Shown: one piece after another, positions 62,365-64,000 of the stretch
Layout of the letters: each line of letters begins with the position of its first letter
How positions within the stretch are numbered: the first letter of the stretch is position 1
NCBI GenBank assembly: GCA_965200245.1
Contig: CBDATS010000005.1
Coordinates: 352,001 to 416,000 of the forward strand
Direction: 5' to 3'
DNA length: 64,000 nt
Source of the DNA: a bacterium
GTDB taxonomy: Bacteria; UBA8248
Translations under genes and position numbers: made by a program
Notes under the pieces: generated by a model
Databases searched by the model: none
The model's input: only the letters and a program-made list of their open reading frames with translations
Told to the model about the DNA's origin: nothing

Positions 62365-63296
62365 TTCAGGCCGTATTCTTTCTCCGCAGCATCCTGGGCA
62401 ACATCGGTCTCGACGGCGGTTTTAAGAGAAAACTGGCCCGTTGGCAAGCGCATCAGGTCCTCCGCGCGAACCGTCATGAAATCTCCTGTATCAAGGGCGA
62501 GCGTCACCTCTTCTTTCAGGATATCCTGGCGCACGACGGTAGCACCACAGTCGCAACCACCGACTTTCTTCTTGCACGCGGGCAACTTCTTCTTCACCGA
62601 CACGTAGTGGGAATGTTCGAAGCGCAGGCAACACTTGAGACGCCCGCAGCCGCCGGAAAGCTTGATGGGATTCAGGCTCAGATTCTGGTCCTTCGCCATG
62701 CGGACGGAAATGGGGTCGAACGACTTCAGGAAGGAACTGCAGCAGTAGGTACGCCCGCAGTCCCCGCAGCCGCCCTTCATGCCCGCCTCGTCTCTCACGC
62801 CGATCTGGCGCATCTCGACGCGAACCGAGAGGCGATCGGCGAGCACCCGCACCAGCTTGCGGAAATCCACGCGCCCGTCTGAAGAAAAATAAAACGTCGC
62901 CTTCTTGTTCGAGTGGATGTAGCGAACCTCTACGAGCCGCATCGGAAGCTTGAGTTTGGATATCTCCATTCGGCAGAAATCGTAGGCACTCTGCTCATTC
63001 GCCTCTGTGCGGGCCACCTTTTTCCTGTCATCCTCGGTAGCTATCCGCAGCACCTCGGGGAGGGGGTCGGGAAGATAGTGCGAATCCATGACCCGGGGAT
63101 TCTCGGATATCTCGCCGAACTCCACGTCCCCGTCCTTGCCCTTGACCATCACCTTGATGCCGACCCGCAGTCGAAGATCCTCGTAAGAATGTTGCACCGG
63201 CCGCGCGCCGAAGCGCGTCTTGACCCCAACCACGCCGATCCTGCGCGTCTCGGGGGCCGCTTCGGTGGCAGCACCCTTATTTATTGTTTCACTCAT
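62361..63296 (-). CDS. ricT: PSP1-domain / RicT (YaaT) protein
   Basis: GRVDFRKLVR, RVEMRQIGVRDEA, GDCGR..CC, MAKDQNLSLNP.KLSG.CGRLKCCL. Confidence 0.93.
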   Translation of the reverse strand: MSETINKGAATEAAPETRRIGVVGVKTRFGARPVQHSYEDLRLRVGIKVMVKGKDGDVEFGEISENPRVMDSHYLPDPLPEVLRIATEDDRKKVARTEANEQSAYDFCRMEISKLKLPMRLVEVRYIHSNKKATFYFSSDGRVDFRKLVRVLADRLSVRVEMRQIGVRDEAGMKGGCGDCGRTYCCSSFLKSFDPISVRMAKDQNLSLNPIKLSGGCGRLKCCLRFEHSHYVSVKKKLPACKKKVGGCDCGATVVRQDILKEEVTLALDTGDFMTVRAEDLMRLPTGQFSLKTAVETDVAQDAAEKEYGLN

Positions 63297-63305
63297 TCGC
63301 TCACC

Positions 63306-64000
63306 TCAGTCCCCGGCGGGAACCGTCTCCCTCAGGGAATATACCAAAGTCTCAAGCGTCAGGGACGGGTTGGTGTTCCCGCCATCGACATCGCGCAAGG
63401 CTCCCCCCACCCTCTCCAGGGCTCTGGTGAGACCCGCACTTCCCCAGCGCTCTCCCATGGCGGCCAATGCCACCTGAATTTCTGTGTGCCACAATTCCAT
63501 CGCATCGGGCACTATCTGCGTGATGAGTATATCGCGAAGAAGCCCGCGAAGCATTTCCAAAAAGAGAATCGTCTCGTTTCTTCCCGAAACGCCCCTCCCC
63601 GCACGTTCCGTGGCAAGGGTGATGAGGGCGACCTCGTCCGCCTGGCCCGCAGGCGCGCTCACTTCCTCAAGGAACTGTATAGCCTTCTCCCTGCGATCAG
63701 AAAGAGCCTCGACGTCAGCGGAGATGGCGACTCCCAGCCTCCCCATACTCAAGGAGATTAGCTTCTCCACGTCCACCCCCTCGCGTGATTCCCCGATAAT
63801 AGCGGCAAGTTCCGCGCGAGAGAGTGCCTGAAACCTGATCCGTCTGCAGCGCGAGATGATCGTCGGCAACAGGGTGTAGAGGTTCGGCGTCACCAGAATC
63901 AGGATGGTGCCCGGGCTCGGCTCCTCCAGTGTCTTGAGCAGAACGTTCTGGCTCACCCGTGTGAGCAGGTGCGCATCCTCGATAATGAATATCTGTCTCA
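63306..64000 (-). CDS. holB: DNA polymerase III delta' subunit, 5' truncated by the window edge
   Basis: IFIIEDAHLL..QNVLLKTLEEP, LLPTIISRC; conserved position upstream of ricT-metG-tatD. Confidence 0.92.
   Translation of the reverse strand, partial: RQIFIIEDAHLLTRVSQNVLLKTLEEPSPGTILILVTPNLYTLLPTIISRCRRIRFQALSRAELAAIIGESREGVDVEKLISLSMGRLGVAISADVEALSDRREKAIQFLEEVSAPAGQADEVALITLATERAGRGVSGRNETILFLEMLRGLLRDILITQIVPDAMELWHTEIQVALAAMGERWGSAGLTRALERVGGALRDVDGGNTNPSLTLETLVYSLRETVPAGD

Noticed and set aside
1-64000. CRISPR array, tRNA, rRNA, integrase or intact transposase
   Set aside because: None recognised by eye; a tRNAscan, Infernal or CRISPR finder run would be needed to exclude them formally

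Overview
Bacterial chromosomal window, GC-rich overall. The holB-ricT-metG-tatD order and the many Liv-type ABC transporters are consistent with a Nitrospinota/Tectomicrobia-like or deltaproteobacterial lineage, possibly host-associated; this is inference only. Core or metabolic blocks lie at 1-11.4 kb (two Liv ABC sets, VOC enzyme, PaaK-like ligase, cytochrome c, MATE), 24.8-37.5 kb (M20 hydrolase, acyl-CoA dehydrogenase, msrB, asparaginase, CoxS-like protein, LLM monooxygenase, sugar ABC) and 53-64 kb (Lhr, patatin, TatD-radical SAM, metG, ricT, holB). They alternate with two eroding accessory islands. Island 1 (~11.6-24.7 kb) holds ArdC, relaxase and MobC relics, an intact Fic gene, a group II intron relic, znuCB, and an intact Schlafen/AlbA_2 protein inside a decayed type I R-M locus. 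It also holds the best candidate for a new system: a nitrile-hydratase-like-leader (NHLP) RiPP precursor with the 5-residue core EWVWH, just downstream of a predicted ABBA-barrel prenyltransferase. Island 2 (~38-53 kb) holds an autotransporter relic, a lipoprotein cytochrome c', a NERD-helicase/AAA/WYL/MTase-like putative defence locus, and AT-richer small genes that look derived from a T4-like phage, some duplicated between the islands. All calls come from motif recognition by eye; no database searches were run.
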